A stretch of 64,000 nucleotides of DNA, from assembly GCA_051252135.1 (NCBI GenBank), contig JBPOGH010000021.1, positions 1 to 64,000 of the forward strand, in the 5' to 3' direction. The stretch comes from Verrucomicrobiaceae bacterium. GTDB taxonomy: Bacteria > Verrucomicrobiota > Verrucomicrobiia > Verrucomicrobiales > Akkermansiaceae. The notes under the pieces were generated by a model. That model had not been told where the DNA came from. It saw only the letters and a program-made list of their open reading frames with translations, and searched no databases. Position numbers and translations under genes: made by a program. Shown here one piece after another: positions 27,579-37,702 of the stretch; position 1 is the stretch's first letter; every line of letters begins with the position of its first letter.

Positions 27579-28643
27579 ATGCGAAAGGCCCGCTTCCTCT
27601 CTCCTTGGAAAGACGACCCCAAGAAACCCGCCATCTACCACGTGCTCTCACGCGTCGTCGACCGCCGCTTCGTTCTCGGCGACGAAGAGCGCGAACACTT
27701 CAAAATGCTCATGCGCATGCAGGAAAACTTCACCGGATGCCGGATTCTCTCCTACTGCATCATGTCCAACCACTTCCACATCCTCCTCGAAGTCCCACCA
27801 ACCCCACCCGAAGCCCTTTCCGACCGAGACCTCCTCAAGCGACTCGACTCCCTCTACTCCCCCACCTTCGTCAACGACGTCGCTCGTGACCTTACCAAAG
27901 CCCGTGAATCCGGTGACGACGCCCGCGCCCTCGAAATCCGTCAACCCTTCCTCTCCCGCATGCACGACCTCAGCCAATTCATGAAGAACCTCCTGCAGCG
28001 CTTCTCCTCTTGGTTCAACCGCATGAACGGCCGCAAAGGCACCCTCTGGGAAGATCGCTTCACCTCCGTCATCGTCGAGTCCGGCACCGCCACCCGCACC
28101 ATCGCCGCCTACATCGACCTCAATCCCGTCCGGGCCGGCATGGTCAACGACCCCGCCGACTACCGCTGGTCCAGCTATGGCGAAGCTGTCTCCGGAGGCA
28201 AAAAAGCCCGTGCCGGACTCGTTCGCGCCCTCCGGGCCGCAGACTGGTCCAAAAACCTCTCCCGCTCCTGGGCCCAAGGAGGCCTCTCCAAAGAATACCG
28301 CAGCCTTCTCCTCCAAGCCGCCGTCGAAACCTTCCGCCAGCAACCCGATGGCCAAACCGTCAAAGTCCGTAAAGGCATGACCAAAGAACGCATCGAAAAA
28401 GAACTCACCCGCCTCGAATCTTCCAAAAGCGACCTCGCTATCAGTAAAGCTGTCTCCTGCCACATCCGCTACTTCGCCGCCGGAGCCATCATCGGCTCCA
28501 AAACCTTCGTCAACGACACCTTCCAAAACTCCCGCCACCAATTCGGCCCCAACCGCACCACCGGTGCCCGAAAACCCCGCGGCTCACTCTCCAACCTCGC
28601 CGGCACACTCTTCTCCGCCCGAGACCTCAGAATCAACGTCTAA
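27579..28643 (+). CDS. REP-associated tyrosine transposase (RAYT, Y1 HUH)
   Basis: YHVLSR; YCIMSNHFHILL (HUH); GTLWEDRF; YIDLNPVRAG; YRWSS. Confidence 0.9.
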   Translation: MRKARFLSPWKDDPKKPAIYHVLSRVVDRRFVLGDEEREHFKMLMRMQENFTGCRILSYCIMSNHFHILLEVPPTPPEALSDRDLLKRLDSLYSPTFVNDVARDLTKARESGDDARALEIRQPFLSRMHDLSQFMKNLLQRFSSWFNRMNGRKGTLWEDRFTSVIVESGTATRTIAAYIDLNPVRAGMVNDPADYRWSSYGEAVSGGKKARAGLVRALRAADWSKNLSRSWAQGGLSKEYRSLLLQAAVETFRQQPDGQTVKVRKGMTKERIEKELTRLESSKSDLAISKAVSCHIRYFAAGAIIGSKTFVNDTFQNSRHQFGPNRTTGARKPRGSLSNLAGTLFSARDLRINV

Positions 28644-28829
28644 CAAATTCATCACTGAACTACTTCTTCAGAAAAGATCCAACCCCTCGCCTTCCCCGTA
28701 AGAAAAAGATTCCGTTTCGGGCTTCGAAAAATAAGCGCGTAAATACCGTTCATCATCTCTATAAGTCCACCTTCTATTTGTTTCCCCATTGAGCCAAATC
28801 ACGCGTCGTTTTTGGAAAAACCTCTCTCC

Positions 28830-29690
28830 ATGATCATCCAAATTGCCCTCCCCCTCATCCTCGCCTTCATCATGTTCTCTCTTGGGCTGGGCCTCAAGAA
28901 ATCAGACTTCACCGACGTCCTCAAATTCCCCCTCGCTTTCGCTGCCGGCCTGACCAATCAAATTCTCCTTCTTCCCGTGGTCGCCTTCACTCTCGCCCAC
29001 CTCTTTAGCCTTTCTCCCGAATTCGCCGTCGGCCTGATGATCCTCTCCCTCTGCCCAGGGGGGGTCACCAGCAATGTCTTAGCCAAGCTCTCTGGCGGAA
29101 ACACCCCTCTCTCGATCTCCCTCACCGCCACCACCAGCCTCCTCTCCATCCTCACCGTCCCCTTCATGGTCGCCTGGAGCGTCAATTACTTCATGGGAGA
29201 AAGCGGACCATCAGTCGATGTCACCAAACTCGGCCTCATCATGTTCCTCATCACCGCCCTTCCAGTCGCCATCGGCATGATCACCACCGCCAAATCACCC
29301 GGCCTTGTCAAAAAAATCGCCCCCGCAATCTCCCGAGCCGCCCTACTTCTTTTCGCCCTCATCGTCATCGCCGCTCTCGCCAAAAACTGGTCCACCTTCG
29401 CCGGAAACTTCACCACCCTCGCCCCAGTCTCCATTCTTTTAATCCTTCTTCTCCTCGCAGCCGGACTCCTCACCGCAAAACTCCTCCGCCTCAACCACCG
29501 CGACGCCTCAACCATCGCCCTCGAATCCGGCATCCAAAACGGAACCCTCGCCATCGCCGTCGGATCCCTCATTGCCTCCGTAGAAGGACAAATCCTTCCC
29601 CCCACCACCATCCCCGCAGCCGTCTACAGCATCACCATGTACCTCGTCTGCGTCCCCTTCGTCCTCTGGCGTAAGCAATGCCGCAAATAA
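28830..29690 (+). CDS. Bile acid:sodium symporter family transporter
   Basis: IMFSLGLGL; CPGGVTSNV; ESGIQNG; multiple TM segments. Confidence 0.9.
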   Translation: MIIQIALPLILAFIMFSLGLGLKKSDFTDVLKFPLAFAAGLTNQILLLPVVAFTLAHLFSLSPEFAVGLMILSLCPGGVTSNVLAKLSGGNTPLSISLTATTSLLSILTVPFMVAWSVNYFMGESGPSVDVTKLGLIMFLITALPVAIGMITTAKSPGLVKKIAPAISRAALLLFALIVIAALAKNWSTFAGNFTTLAPVSILLILLLLAAGLLTAKLLRLNHRDASTIALESGIQNGTLAIAVGSLIASVEGQILPPTTIPAAVYSITMYLVCVPFVLWRKQCRK

Positions 29691-29987
29691 ATAGGTGCCA
29701 TTCATGCCAAGCATAGAGTTTGAAAGTCGGCCTCAATTCAAGCAACGCCAATGATCTTCCGGGGAGTGTGGCGGAGTAGAATGGCGTAGATTCCGTGATA
29801 ATTGCCCGATCGGAGCGATAGGCCTTTCGGAGAATTGCAGGCCCACAATCAAAAGCGGGACCGACAGCTCCTTCGTCGCAATCTCGCTCCGCTCTCCAGC
29901 CTCCAAATCCCCATTCTCCGATTCAGTTCCCCCTTTTCTGTTCCCGAATTTGTAGAGGGTTTCAAACTCTGAAAATTAGGATTCCCC

Positions 29988-32096
29988 CTACTTCATCCTC
30001 TTAAGCAACGCCCCCAGCTTCTCCGGCTCGTTCACCGGCAACTGACACGTCTGCCCCACACAATAATACGCCGTCGCCTTCTCCGCCACCGGCTTCAGCC
30101 CCAGCGTAAACTCATCCAGCGGCCCGCTCGTCCCCAGCACAATCATCGTCGGATCCCAGTGCCCCGCCGCCACCGCAAGCATCTCTTCCCTCCCCGCCTC
30201 CCCCGCGATCACCAACCGCGCCGGCTTCTCCACATAAAAGTCCAGCGACCGCAGCATCTCACCCATCCCCGAGGGCGCCTCCTTCATCAGCGGCACATAA
30301 GCCCGCAGCGTCTTCTCCGCCGCCCCGTGAAAATCCTTCCGCCCCGTCATCTCCGTTAAAATGGCAAACTCCCGCGCCGCCACCGAACTCTCCGTCGGCA
30401 GCGCCGCATCAAAATCTCCCTTCAGCCGAAAAACCAAATCCTCCCGCGCCTCCCCCTGAAACACCCCCCCGTTCTTCTCATCAAAAAAGTGCACCAGCAC
30501 CTTCTCCCCCAACCCGATCGCCCGCTCCAGATACGTCGGCTTCAGCGTCACCTCATACAGCTTCCGGCTCCCCCGCATGAAATGCACATAACTCTCCGCC
30601 TGCTTCGTCGCATCCTTCTCACCCTCGCGCCAGCGATGCGATAACTCCCCGTCCGCACCCAGCAGCTTCTCCTCCACAAACGCGTGCGCCTTCTCCGCCG
30701 CCTCCACGTATTCCTTCTTCTGCAAAACAAATCCCGCCCGCGCCAGCGCCCCGATCATCAACCCGTTCCACGACGCCAAAATCTTATCATCCGTCGGCGG
30801 CGGCACCCGCTTCAAGCGCACCTCCAGCAGCTTCCCTAAAATCCCATCCACCGCCTGCCGCTCCCCCTCTCCCAACTCCCCCCGACGCTTCGCAAAATGC
30901 AGCACGTTCAGATTCGGCAAGGCCTCCGGATCACTGTGATCCACAAAGTTCCCCTTCTCCGTCACCCCCAGCACCTCCCGCGCCAGCACCAACTCATCTC
31001 CGGACAACACCTCCTTCAATTCCTCCACCGTCCAACAAAAATACTTCCCTTCCTTCCCCTCGCTCTGCGCATCCCGCGCACAATAAAACCCGCCCTCCGG
31101 ATGCCGCATCTCCCGCAGCACAAACTCCACCGTCCCCTCCGCCGCCTCCGCAAACCTCTTCTCCCCCGTCACCTGCCACGCATCCAAAAAGAGCTCCACC
31201 ACCTGCGCCTGATCATAAAGCATCTTTTCAAAGTGCGGAATCAGCCACTCCCGATCCACCGCATACCGGTGAATCCCCCCGCCCACCTGATCGTAAATCC
31301 CCCCATCCAGCATCCGCCGGACACTCATCAACGCCGCCTCCCGCGCCTTCTCATCACCCGCCTGCAACATCAACCGGAACACACTCGCCTGCGGAAATTT
31401 CTGATCCTTCCCCAATCCACCCCACACCGGATCCACCTGCTCCACCGCACCCGCCACTCCATTCTTTAACAAGGTCCCCGTCAACTCACCCGCACCCGCC
31501 TCCAGCGCATGCATCCCCGCAAAATGCTTCTCCAGCTCCGCAAACCCCAAACCCGCATTCTTCGCCGTCTCCTCCGGATTCCCCTCCCACACCGCATGCA
31601 CCTTCTTCAGCACCGTCTGAAATCCCGGACGCCCGCCCTCATCCTTCGGCGGAAAATACGTCCCTCCCGTCAGTGGCTTCAAATCCGGAGTCAAAAACAT
31701 ATTCAAGGGCCACCCGCCACCCTGACCCGTCATCGCCTGAAATGCCGTCATATAAACCTGATCCACATCCGGCCGCTCCTCCCGATCCAGCTTGATCGAC
31801 ACAAAGTGCTCATTCAGGTAGCTCGCAATCTCCTCATTCTCAAACGACTCCCGCTCCATCACATGACACCAGTGACAGGTCGAATAACCCACACTCAGCA
31901 AAATCAGCTTCTTCTCATCCCGCGCCTTCTTAAAAGCCTCCTCCCCCCACGGATACCAATCCACCGGATTATACGCGTGCAGAAGCAAGTAGGGCGACTT
32001 CTCCTCTAGCAACCGATTCCCCTTTTTCCCCGACTCCTCCTCCTTCGCAACAGCAGTAAGTGCCAGCGAGACCAAAATCAGCGTAATCCGTTTCAT
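29988..32096 (-). CDS. Thioredoxin-domain protein, YyaL/SSP411 family
   Basis: [57 protein letters not shown]. Confidence 0.92.
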   Translation of the reverse strand: MKRITLILVSLALTAVAKEEESGKKGNRLLEEKSPYLLLHAYNPVDWYPWGEEAFKKARDEKKLILLSVGYSTCHWCHVMERESFENEEIASYLNEHFVSIKLDREERPDVDQVYMTAFQAMTGQGGGWPLNMFLTPDLKPLTGGTYFPPKDEGGRPGFQTVLKKVHAVWEGNPEETAKNAGLGFAELEKHFAGMHALEAGAGELTGTLLKNGVAGAVEQVDPVWGGLGKDQKFPQASVFRLMLQAGDEKAREAALMSVRRMLDGGIYDQVGGGIHRYAVDREWLIPHFEKMLYDQAQVVELFLDAWQVTGEKRFAEAAEGTVEFVLREMRHPEGGFYCARDAQSEGKEGKYFCWTVEELKEVLSGDELVLAREVLGVTEKGNFVDHSDPEALPNLNVLHFAKRRGELGEGERQAVDGILGKLLEVRLKRVPPPTDDKILASWNGLMIGALARAGFVLQKKEYVEAAEKAHAFVEEKLLGADGELSHRWREGEKDATKQAESYVHFMRGSRKLYEVTLKPTYLERAIGLGEKVLVHFFDEKNGGVFQGEAREDLVFRLKGDFDAALPTESSVAAREFAILTEMTGRKDFHGAAEKTLRAYVPLMKEAPSGMGEMLRSLDFYVEKPARLVIAGEAGREEMLAVAAGHWDPTMIVLGTSGPLDEFTLGLKPVAEKATAYYCVGQTCQLPVNEPEKLGALLKRMK

Positions 32097-32249
32097 CTCA
32101 ACAGCCTATTTCCGGAATCCCCCCACGCAAGCACCGGAATATGAAAGATTTTTCCAATCATAACGCATTGATTAAGAGCGTTTACCGAAATATTTCAGAA
32201 AAATGCCACTTTTGTTTGAACAGATCCCCCCCTCTGGGGTCTACTCCCT

Positions 32250-32372
32250 ATGAAAACCGCAACCTAGTCGCAGTTTTCATGTAAGGGTGAACAGCAGTTG
32301 TCAGCTTCTTAACTTTTAGTTTTGGGGTTGATTACTCAGCCGCAGGGGGTCTTCGGACCTCCTGCGGTCTTT
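32250..32372 (+). ncRNA. Candidate intergenic small RNA ending in a cUUCGg terminator
   Basis: 5' hairpin ATGAAAACCGC/GCAGTTTTCAT, U-rich middle, then CCGCAGGGGGTC-TTCG-GACCTCCTGCGG-TCTTT. It lies between divergent genes, so no upstream plus-strand CDS explains the terminator. Confidence 0.45.
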
Positions 32373-32512
32373 ATGTACACCCATCTCAAAATCCCTCTCC
32401 GGCAGAAAGCCTGTAAATTCTCATTCAGAGACTTGCTCCCCGCTCCCCTTGGCCTTTAACTCTGCCCCTCCCCGACCGGAAAACATTTTTCCCGGGGTCA
32501 TCACTTTCCGCC

Positions 32513-34417
32513 ATGATTGAAAATATCCGCAAATACACTGGCCTCATGATCGTCGTGCTGGTCCTCCTCTTCATTGGACTCGTGTTCCTCGAGAACTCGT
32601 TCAGCAGCGCCTTCGCCGGTAAACCCGCTATGGAGGTCGCCGGCCAAAAAATCTCCGAAAAGGAATTCCGACGCAAAGCCATCAACCCCCTCGAGATCGC
32701 CACCAAGCTCGGCAACAGCTTCCTCCCCCAGGAAGCACAGGAACTCGCCAAGGAATTCGTCACCGATGACGTCATCACCTTCTCCCGCGGCTTCATGATT
32801 CAATCCATGAACATCGCCCTCGAAGGAGATCGCCCCGATCACTTCCTCGCCAACCGCATCGCCGTCCAAAAGGCCGGGATCGAATACGGAGCCACCCCTG
32901 GCCCCGAGGAAGTCGAGCGCTTCGTCGAGAACGTCCTCTTCGCCAAACCCGAAGGTGGCTTCGACCAGGAAGCCTACGCCGAGTTCATCGAGAAACGCCT
33001 CGGCTCACTCGGCATCGGCATCCGTGGATTCAACGAATACATCCGCGACCTCCTCACCGCCCAGAACCTCGCCAAGCTCATCAGCGGCGGCGTCTCCATG
33101 GACCGCGATTTCGCCCGTTCCCTCTTCCTGAACGAAAAACAACAAATCGACGTTCAGCAAATCGCCCTCGATTCCACCAACTACGAAGCGGAACAAAATC
33201 CCACCGAAGAGGAAATCAAGGCCTACTGGGAAGAAAACAAAGCCCGCTACAACACCGACGAACGTCGTAAAATTTCCTACGTCTTCATCGAGCCCGACTG
33301 GGACGCCGTCCTCGCCGACTCCCAAAAGAAAGCGGCAGAAGCCAAACAGAAAGCCGAAGAAGCTCGCAAGAAGCTCGAAGAAGAAGCCAAAAAGGCCGAA
33401 GAAGCCGCCGAAAAAGCCAATCAGGAAACCACTCCCGCCGAACAACCGGTTGAAACTCCCGCCGAAGGTGCCGAGGGACAACCCGGCCAGGAAGGTGAGT
33501 CCGCTCCCGAAGCCATTCCGGCAGTCACCACCCCCGCTCCCGTCGTCGAAGCTCCCGCTCCGGCCCCCGCCGTAAAGTCCGCCAAGGACCAACTCAAGCC
33601 TCTCGAAAAAATGGAGGCCCTCAAGGGAGAAGCACTCAACCAACAGGTTGCCGCACTCTACAACCCCCTCGTCGACCTCTCCACCAAGAAGACCTTCGCG
33701 GAACTCGCCGCAGAACTCGGCATGGAAATCATCACCACCGACTTCTTCACCCGCGCCGACCCTCCCAAGGAACTCGAGCGCTTCGCCACCAACAGCCCCC
33801 TCGGCACCCTTGCCGATATCGCCTTCGCCATCCCCGCCGATGCCAAGGATGACCAACGCATCTCCGAGCCCTACGAAACCAGCGATGGTTGGTTTGTCGG
33901 CCAACTCGAAGAAGCCGAGCTCTCCCGCCCGCTCACCTACGAGGAAGCCAAGGTCAACGCCACCGTCGACCTCAAAAAACAACTCGCTCGCGAGAAACTC
34001 AAAGTCGAAGCCGAAGCCACCCACGCCAAGCTCAACGCCGCTCTCGCCGAAGGGAAATCCTTTGAAGAAGCCGCCAAGGAATTGGAACTCACCGTCACCA
34101 AGCTTGAAAAACTTGCCGTCAGCCCCAACCGCGGAGCCGCTCCCAGTGTTCCTCCCGCATTCGAGGCCGCACGATTCGCAGAGGTCGGCACCATCGCCAG
34201 CCCCCAGTTCATCCCCGGCAGCGACAACCCGGAGCGCGCCCTCATCGTCTTCGTCGAAAACCGCCAGGTCACTGTCGATGAAGCCTTCTCAAACCAACTG
34301 GACAACTACATCCAATCCCAATCCTCCAGCCTCCAACTCGCCACCTTCCAAAACTGGCTCCGCGATCGCTACCGGGAAAACGAAGTCCAAACCTTCATCA
34401 ACCTCTCCGATCAATAA
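32513..34417 (+). CDS. PpiD/SurA-like periplasmic chaperone
   Basis: MIENIRK + TM anchor; PTEEEIKAYWEENK..Y...ERRKISY; LTYEEAK; GKSFEEAAKE. Confidence 0.75.
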   Translation: MIENIRKYTGLMIVVLVLLFIGLVFLENSFSSAFAGKPAMEVAGQKISEKEFRRKAINPLEIATKLGNSFLPQEAQELAKEFVTDDVITFSRGFMIQSMNIALEGDRPDHFLANRIAVQKAGIEYGATPGPEEVERFVENVLFAKPEGGFDQEAYAEFIEKRLGSLGIGIRGFNEYIRDLLTAQNLAKLISGGVSMDRDFARSLFLNEKQQIDVQQIALDSTNYEAEQNPTEEEIKAYWEENKARYNTDERRKISYVFIEPDWDAVLADSQKKAAEAKQKAEEARKKLEEEAKKAEEAAEKANQETTPAEQPVETPAEGAEGQPGQEGESAPEAIPAVTTPAPVVEAPAPAPAVKSAKDQLKPLEKMEALKGEALNQQVAALYNPLVDLSTKKTFAELAAELGMEIITTDFFTRADPPKELERFATNSPLGTLADIAFAIPADAKDDQRISEPYETSDGWFVGQLEEAELSRPLTYEEAKVNATVDLKKQLAREKLKVEAEATHAKLNAALAEGKSFEEAAKELELTVTKLEKLAVSPNRGAAPSVPPAFEAARFAEVGTIASPQFIPGSDNPERALIVFVENRQVTVDEAFSNQLDNYIQSQSSSLQLATFQNWLRDRYRENEVQTFINLSDQ

Positions 34418-34425
34418 TTACCCGC

Positions 34426-34770
34426 ATGGCTGACATCGCTGCCAGAGACGCCGCTCTCGAGCGAGGTCATACCCATCTTGCCCTCGGCGAACTCGAACAA
34501 GCCGAGATCGCCTACCGGGAAGTCACCGAGGCCGACCCCGATTTCTTCGACGGCTGGCAGGCCCTCGCCATGGTCCTCCTCAAGCTCAACAGAGTGAAGG
34601 AAGCCATCGGCTCCGGCATCATGGCCACCACCCTCGAGCCCGACGACCTCCTCGCCTGGACCGGCCTCTCCCAAATGTACGTCCAGGACGGCCAAATCGC
34701 CGAGGCCGAAGCCGCCAAAGCCAACGCCCGCATCCTCTCCATGGGAGGAAAAGTCTCCAAACTCAAATAA
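34426..34770 (+). CDS. Small TPR protein
   Basis: TPR helices (DPDFFDGWQAL; EPDDLLAWTGLSQMY). Confidence 0.75.
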   Translation: MADIAARDAALERGHTHLALGELEQAEIAYREVTEADPDFFDGWQALAMVLLKLNRVKEAIGSGIMATTLEPDDLLAWTGLSQMYVQDGQIAEAEAAKANARILSMGGKVSKLK

Positions 34771-34843
34771 GTTTTCAGTTAACAGTTTCCAGTTGGCAGT
34801 TCAACAAGAGCGCCACTGTCAACTGTCGACTGCCCACTGAAAT
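34771..34843. repeat. Inverted heptamer tandem repeats
   Basis: TTTTCAG TTAACAG TTTCCAG TTGGCAG ... ACTGTCA ACTGTCG ACTGCCC ACTGAAA. Confidence 0.7.
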
Positions 34844-34848
34844 CTGAC

Positions 34849-36411
34849 ATGAAATTCATCACCACCGCCATCGACTACCCCAACGGCAAACCCCACATCG
34901 GCCACGCCTACGAGAAAATCCTCGCCGATGTCCTCACCCGCTACACCCGCCTCAAGGGCGAACAAGCCTATTACCTCACCGGAGTCGACCAACACGGGCA
35001 AAAAATGGTCAAAACTGCCGAGGCCGAAGGCGTAAACGTCGCCACCATCGCCAAGCGCAACACCAAAGGCTTCCTCAAACTCTGGGAAAAACTCGACGTC
35101 AAATATGACGGCTGGGCTGAAACCACCGACCACAAACACAAAGCCTGCGTCCAGGCCATCCTCACCGACCTTCAGGAAAAAGGACAACTCTACAAAAAAT
35201 CCTACGCCGGATTCTACTCCGTCCGCCAGGAACAATTCCTCACCGACCGCGACCGCAACGAAGAAGGAAACTTCGGCTCCGAATGGGGCGAGGTCATGGA
35301 AATCGAAGAGGAAAACTGGTACTTCAAACTTTCCGATCACGCCGACTGGCTCAAATCCACCGTCGAAAACGACGACCTCAAAATCATCCCCGAATTCCGC
35401 AAGGCCGAAGTCCTCAACGCCATCGAGCGCGCTGGCGACACCGACCTCTGCATCTCCCGCCCCAAAGATCGCCTCTCCTGGGGAATCCCCCTCCCCTTCG
35501 ATCCGGACTTCGTCACCTACGTCTGGTTCGATGCCCTCATCAACTACATCTCCTTCGCCGGATACAAAAAACCCGAAACCTCCGACCTCCCGGACTTCGA
35601 CACCCTCTGGCCCGCCGACCTCCAGATCATCGGAAAAGACATCCTCGTCCCCGCCCACGCCATCTACTGGCCATGCATGCTCCACGCCATGGGCTTCGAA
35701 TCCTCCGACATGCCCACCCTCCTCGTCCACGGATTCTGGAACATCAAAGGCGACAAAATGTCCAAATCCCTCGGAAACATCGTCGATCCCGATGAACTCG
35801 CCGACAAGTTCGGCCCCGACACCCTCCGCTACTACCTCTGCCGTGACATCAAATCCGGACGCGATAGCGACTTCGACATCGAACGCCTCGTCATGCTCTT
35901 CAACACCGAGCTCGCCAACGACCTCGGCAACCTCCTCAACCGGTCCATCAACATGACCAAGGGCTTCTGCAACTCCACCATCAGTGCCACCGACACCACC
36001 GATGACGGAGACATCGCCCTCCGCGAATCCCTCGCCAACTCCACCGCCGCCTACCGCGCCGCCATGGACAACTGCGAGGTCTCCGAAGCCCTCCAGGCCA
36101 TCAACGACCACGTCACCCACTGCAACGGCTACCTTGAGCGCAACAAACCCTGGGAAATGAAAAAGGACGAAGCCAAACTCCCCCGCGTCGGCGAAGTCCT
36201 CTCCCACACCGCGGAATCCTGCGCCCACCTCGCCCTCCTCCTCCGCCCCATCCTCCCCCAGGCCGCCGATAAAATCTTCGGCCAGCTCAACAAACCAACC
36301 CTCGCCGACCTCACCCTCGACGACCTCAAATGGGGCCTCCTCGAACCCGGCCACCAAACCGGAAAACCCAAACCCGTCTTTCCAAGAATCCAAATTGAGG
36401 AAAAAGATTAA
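34849..36411 (+). CDS. metG: Methionine--tRNA ligase
   Basis: ITTAIDYPNG.PHIGH; YVWFDAL; IGKDI; KMSKS. Confidence 0.96.
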   Translation: MKFITTAIDYPNGKPHIGHAYEKILADVLTRYTRLKGEQAYYLTGVDQHGQKMVKTAEAEGVNVATIAKRNTKGFLKLWEKLDVKYDGWAETTDHKHKACVQAILTDLQEKGQLYKKSYAGFYSVRQEQFLTDRDRNEEGNFGSEWGEVMEIEEENWYFKLSDHADWLKSTVENDDLKIIPEFRKAEVLNAIERAGDTDLCISRPKDRLSWGIPLPFDPDFVTYVWFDALINYISFAGYKKPETSDLPDFDTLWPADLQIIGKDILVPAHAIYWPCMLHAMGFESSDMPTLLVHGFWNIKGDKMSKSLGNIVDPDELADKFGPDTLRYYLCRDIKSGRDSDFDIERLVMLFNTELANDLGNLLNRSINMTKGFCNSTISATDTTDDGDIALRESLANSTAAYRAAMDNCEVSEALQAINDHVTHCNGYLERNKPWEMKKDEAKLPRVGEVLSHTAESCAHLALLLRPILPQAADKIFGQLNKPTLADLTLDDLKWGLLEPGHQTGKPKPVFPRIQIEEKD

Positions 36412-36425
36412 CCCTTCTTCTTAAC

Positions 36426-37013
36426 ATGAACCTTAGCAACCTTCTCTCCACAGCTCTCTCGCTGGGTATCACCGCGCACGCCTCCGCTGCCATCACCGTC
36501 ACCGGATACAACTACCTCAGCAGCCCTTCTTCCCCATACACCGACTCCGGAAGCGAACTCACCGATGAAGTCGATGCCGTCCCCGCCTGGGGTTCCGGAT
36601 TCGACCCCTCAGACATCACTCCATTCTGTGGCTGGCAGGCCGGAGAACCCTCCATCAACTTTCAGTTCGCTTCCGCCACCATCCAATCCTTCGAGGTCTG
36701 GGTCGCCGACTCCAATGGCGCCCGTGGAGTCGCCGTCCCTGATACCATCACCATCCGCACCTCGGATTCCTCCTTCTCCCAGACCTTCAATGTCGTCGAT
36801 CCCGCAGGAGACAGCCAGACCGTCAGACTCCACTTCAGTGGCTTCTCCGTAAATACCGATCACCTCATTCTCGAATCGGCCGATAACTCCTCCGTTCAAT
36901 GGACCATGCTTACCGAAGTCCGCTTTTTCGAAACCGTCCCCGAACCCGGATCCTCCCTCCTCATCCTCATCGCAACAGCGCCACTCCTCCTTTCACGCCG
37001 CAGAGCTCGATAA
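36426..37013 (+). CDS. PEP-CTERM protein
   Basis: Signal peptide; VPEPGSSLL + hydrophobic helix + RRRAR. Confidence 0.85.
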   Translation: MNLSNLLSTALSLGITAHASAAITVTGYNYLSSPSSPYTDSGSELTDEVDAVPAWGSGFDPSDITPFCGWQAGEPSINFQFASATIQSFEVWVADSNGARGVAVPDTITIRTSDSSFSQTFNVVDPAGDSQTVRLHFSGFSVNTDHLILESADNSSVQWTMLTEVRFFETVPEPGSSLLILIATAPLLLSRRRAR

Positions 37014-37161
37014 GGACCACAATCAGGAAGCTTGAAAATCAAGCTATCCAAAGGAAATTCACCCTGCTGCTTTGGTGTTTTGACGCCTCGCTCCTCACAT
37101 AATTTCTTGACTCCCTCCCTCCCCATCCCTATTCCCCGCGTCCCGCAAACTTTTTATTGTT

Positions 37162-37626
37162 ATGGCTGCCACTGAAGTAATTCTCCGCGAAAAAATTAAT
37201 GGCCTCGGCGTCGAAGCTGAAGTCGTCAAAGTAAAGGCTGGCTATGCCCGCAATTTCCTCATCCCTAAAGGCAAGGCTTATGAAGCCACCAAGGGAAACC
37301 TCCGCCAGATTGAGAACCTCGAAAAAGCCCGCGTCCAGCGCGAGGCCGGCGAGCTCAAGATCGCCCAGGACCTCGCCGGCAAGATCGCCCGCCTCAAGCC
37401 CAAGTTCACCCTCGAAATTGGCGCCAACGGCAAGGCCTTCGGCTCCGTCACTTCCATCGACATCCACAAGGCTCTCGAGGAAAAAGGCATCGAAATCGAC
37501 CGCACCGCAATCCTCCTCGACAAGCCCATCAAGACTTCCGGCAAGACCGACGTCGAAGTGAAGCTTCACGCTGATGTCACCACTTCCGTGACCATCACCG
37601 TCCAGTCCCCTGAGACGGCCGAGTAA
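37162..37626 (+). CDS. rplI: 50S ribosomal protein L9
   Basis: VKVKAGYARNFLIP; GKAFGSVT; PIKTSG. Confidence 0.97.
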   Translation: MAATEVILREKINGLGVEAEVVKVKAGYARNFLIPKGKAYEATKGNLRQIENLEKARVQREAGELKIAQDLAGKIARLKPKFTLEIGANGKAFGSVTSIDIHKALEEKGIEIDRTAILLDKPIKTSGKTDVEVKLHADVTTSVTITVQSPETAE

Positions 37627-37654
37627 CAACTTTCATTGGATTCATTTTCAAAGA

Positions 37655-37682
37655 AGCCCGGTAGCAATACCGGGCTTTTTTG
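37655..37682 (+). terminator. Intrinsic terminator after rplI
   Basis: AGCCCGGTA-GCAA-TACCGGGCT followed by a T run. Confidence 0.85.
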
Positions 37683-37702
37683 TGTCCTCCCCCCAGCGGG
37701 AT

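Noticed and set aside
29700..29940. Possible structured RNA between convergent genes (GGAGCGAT...ATCTCGCTCC)
   Set aside because: Pairing is short, with no family motif, TIR or second copy visible.
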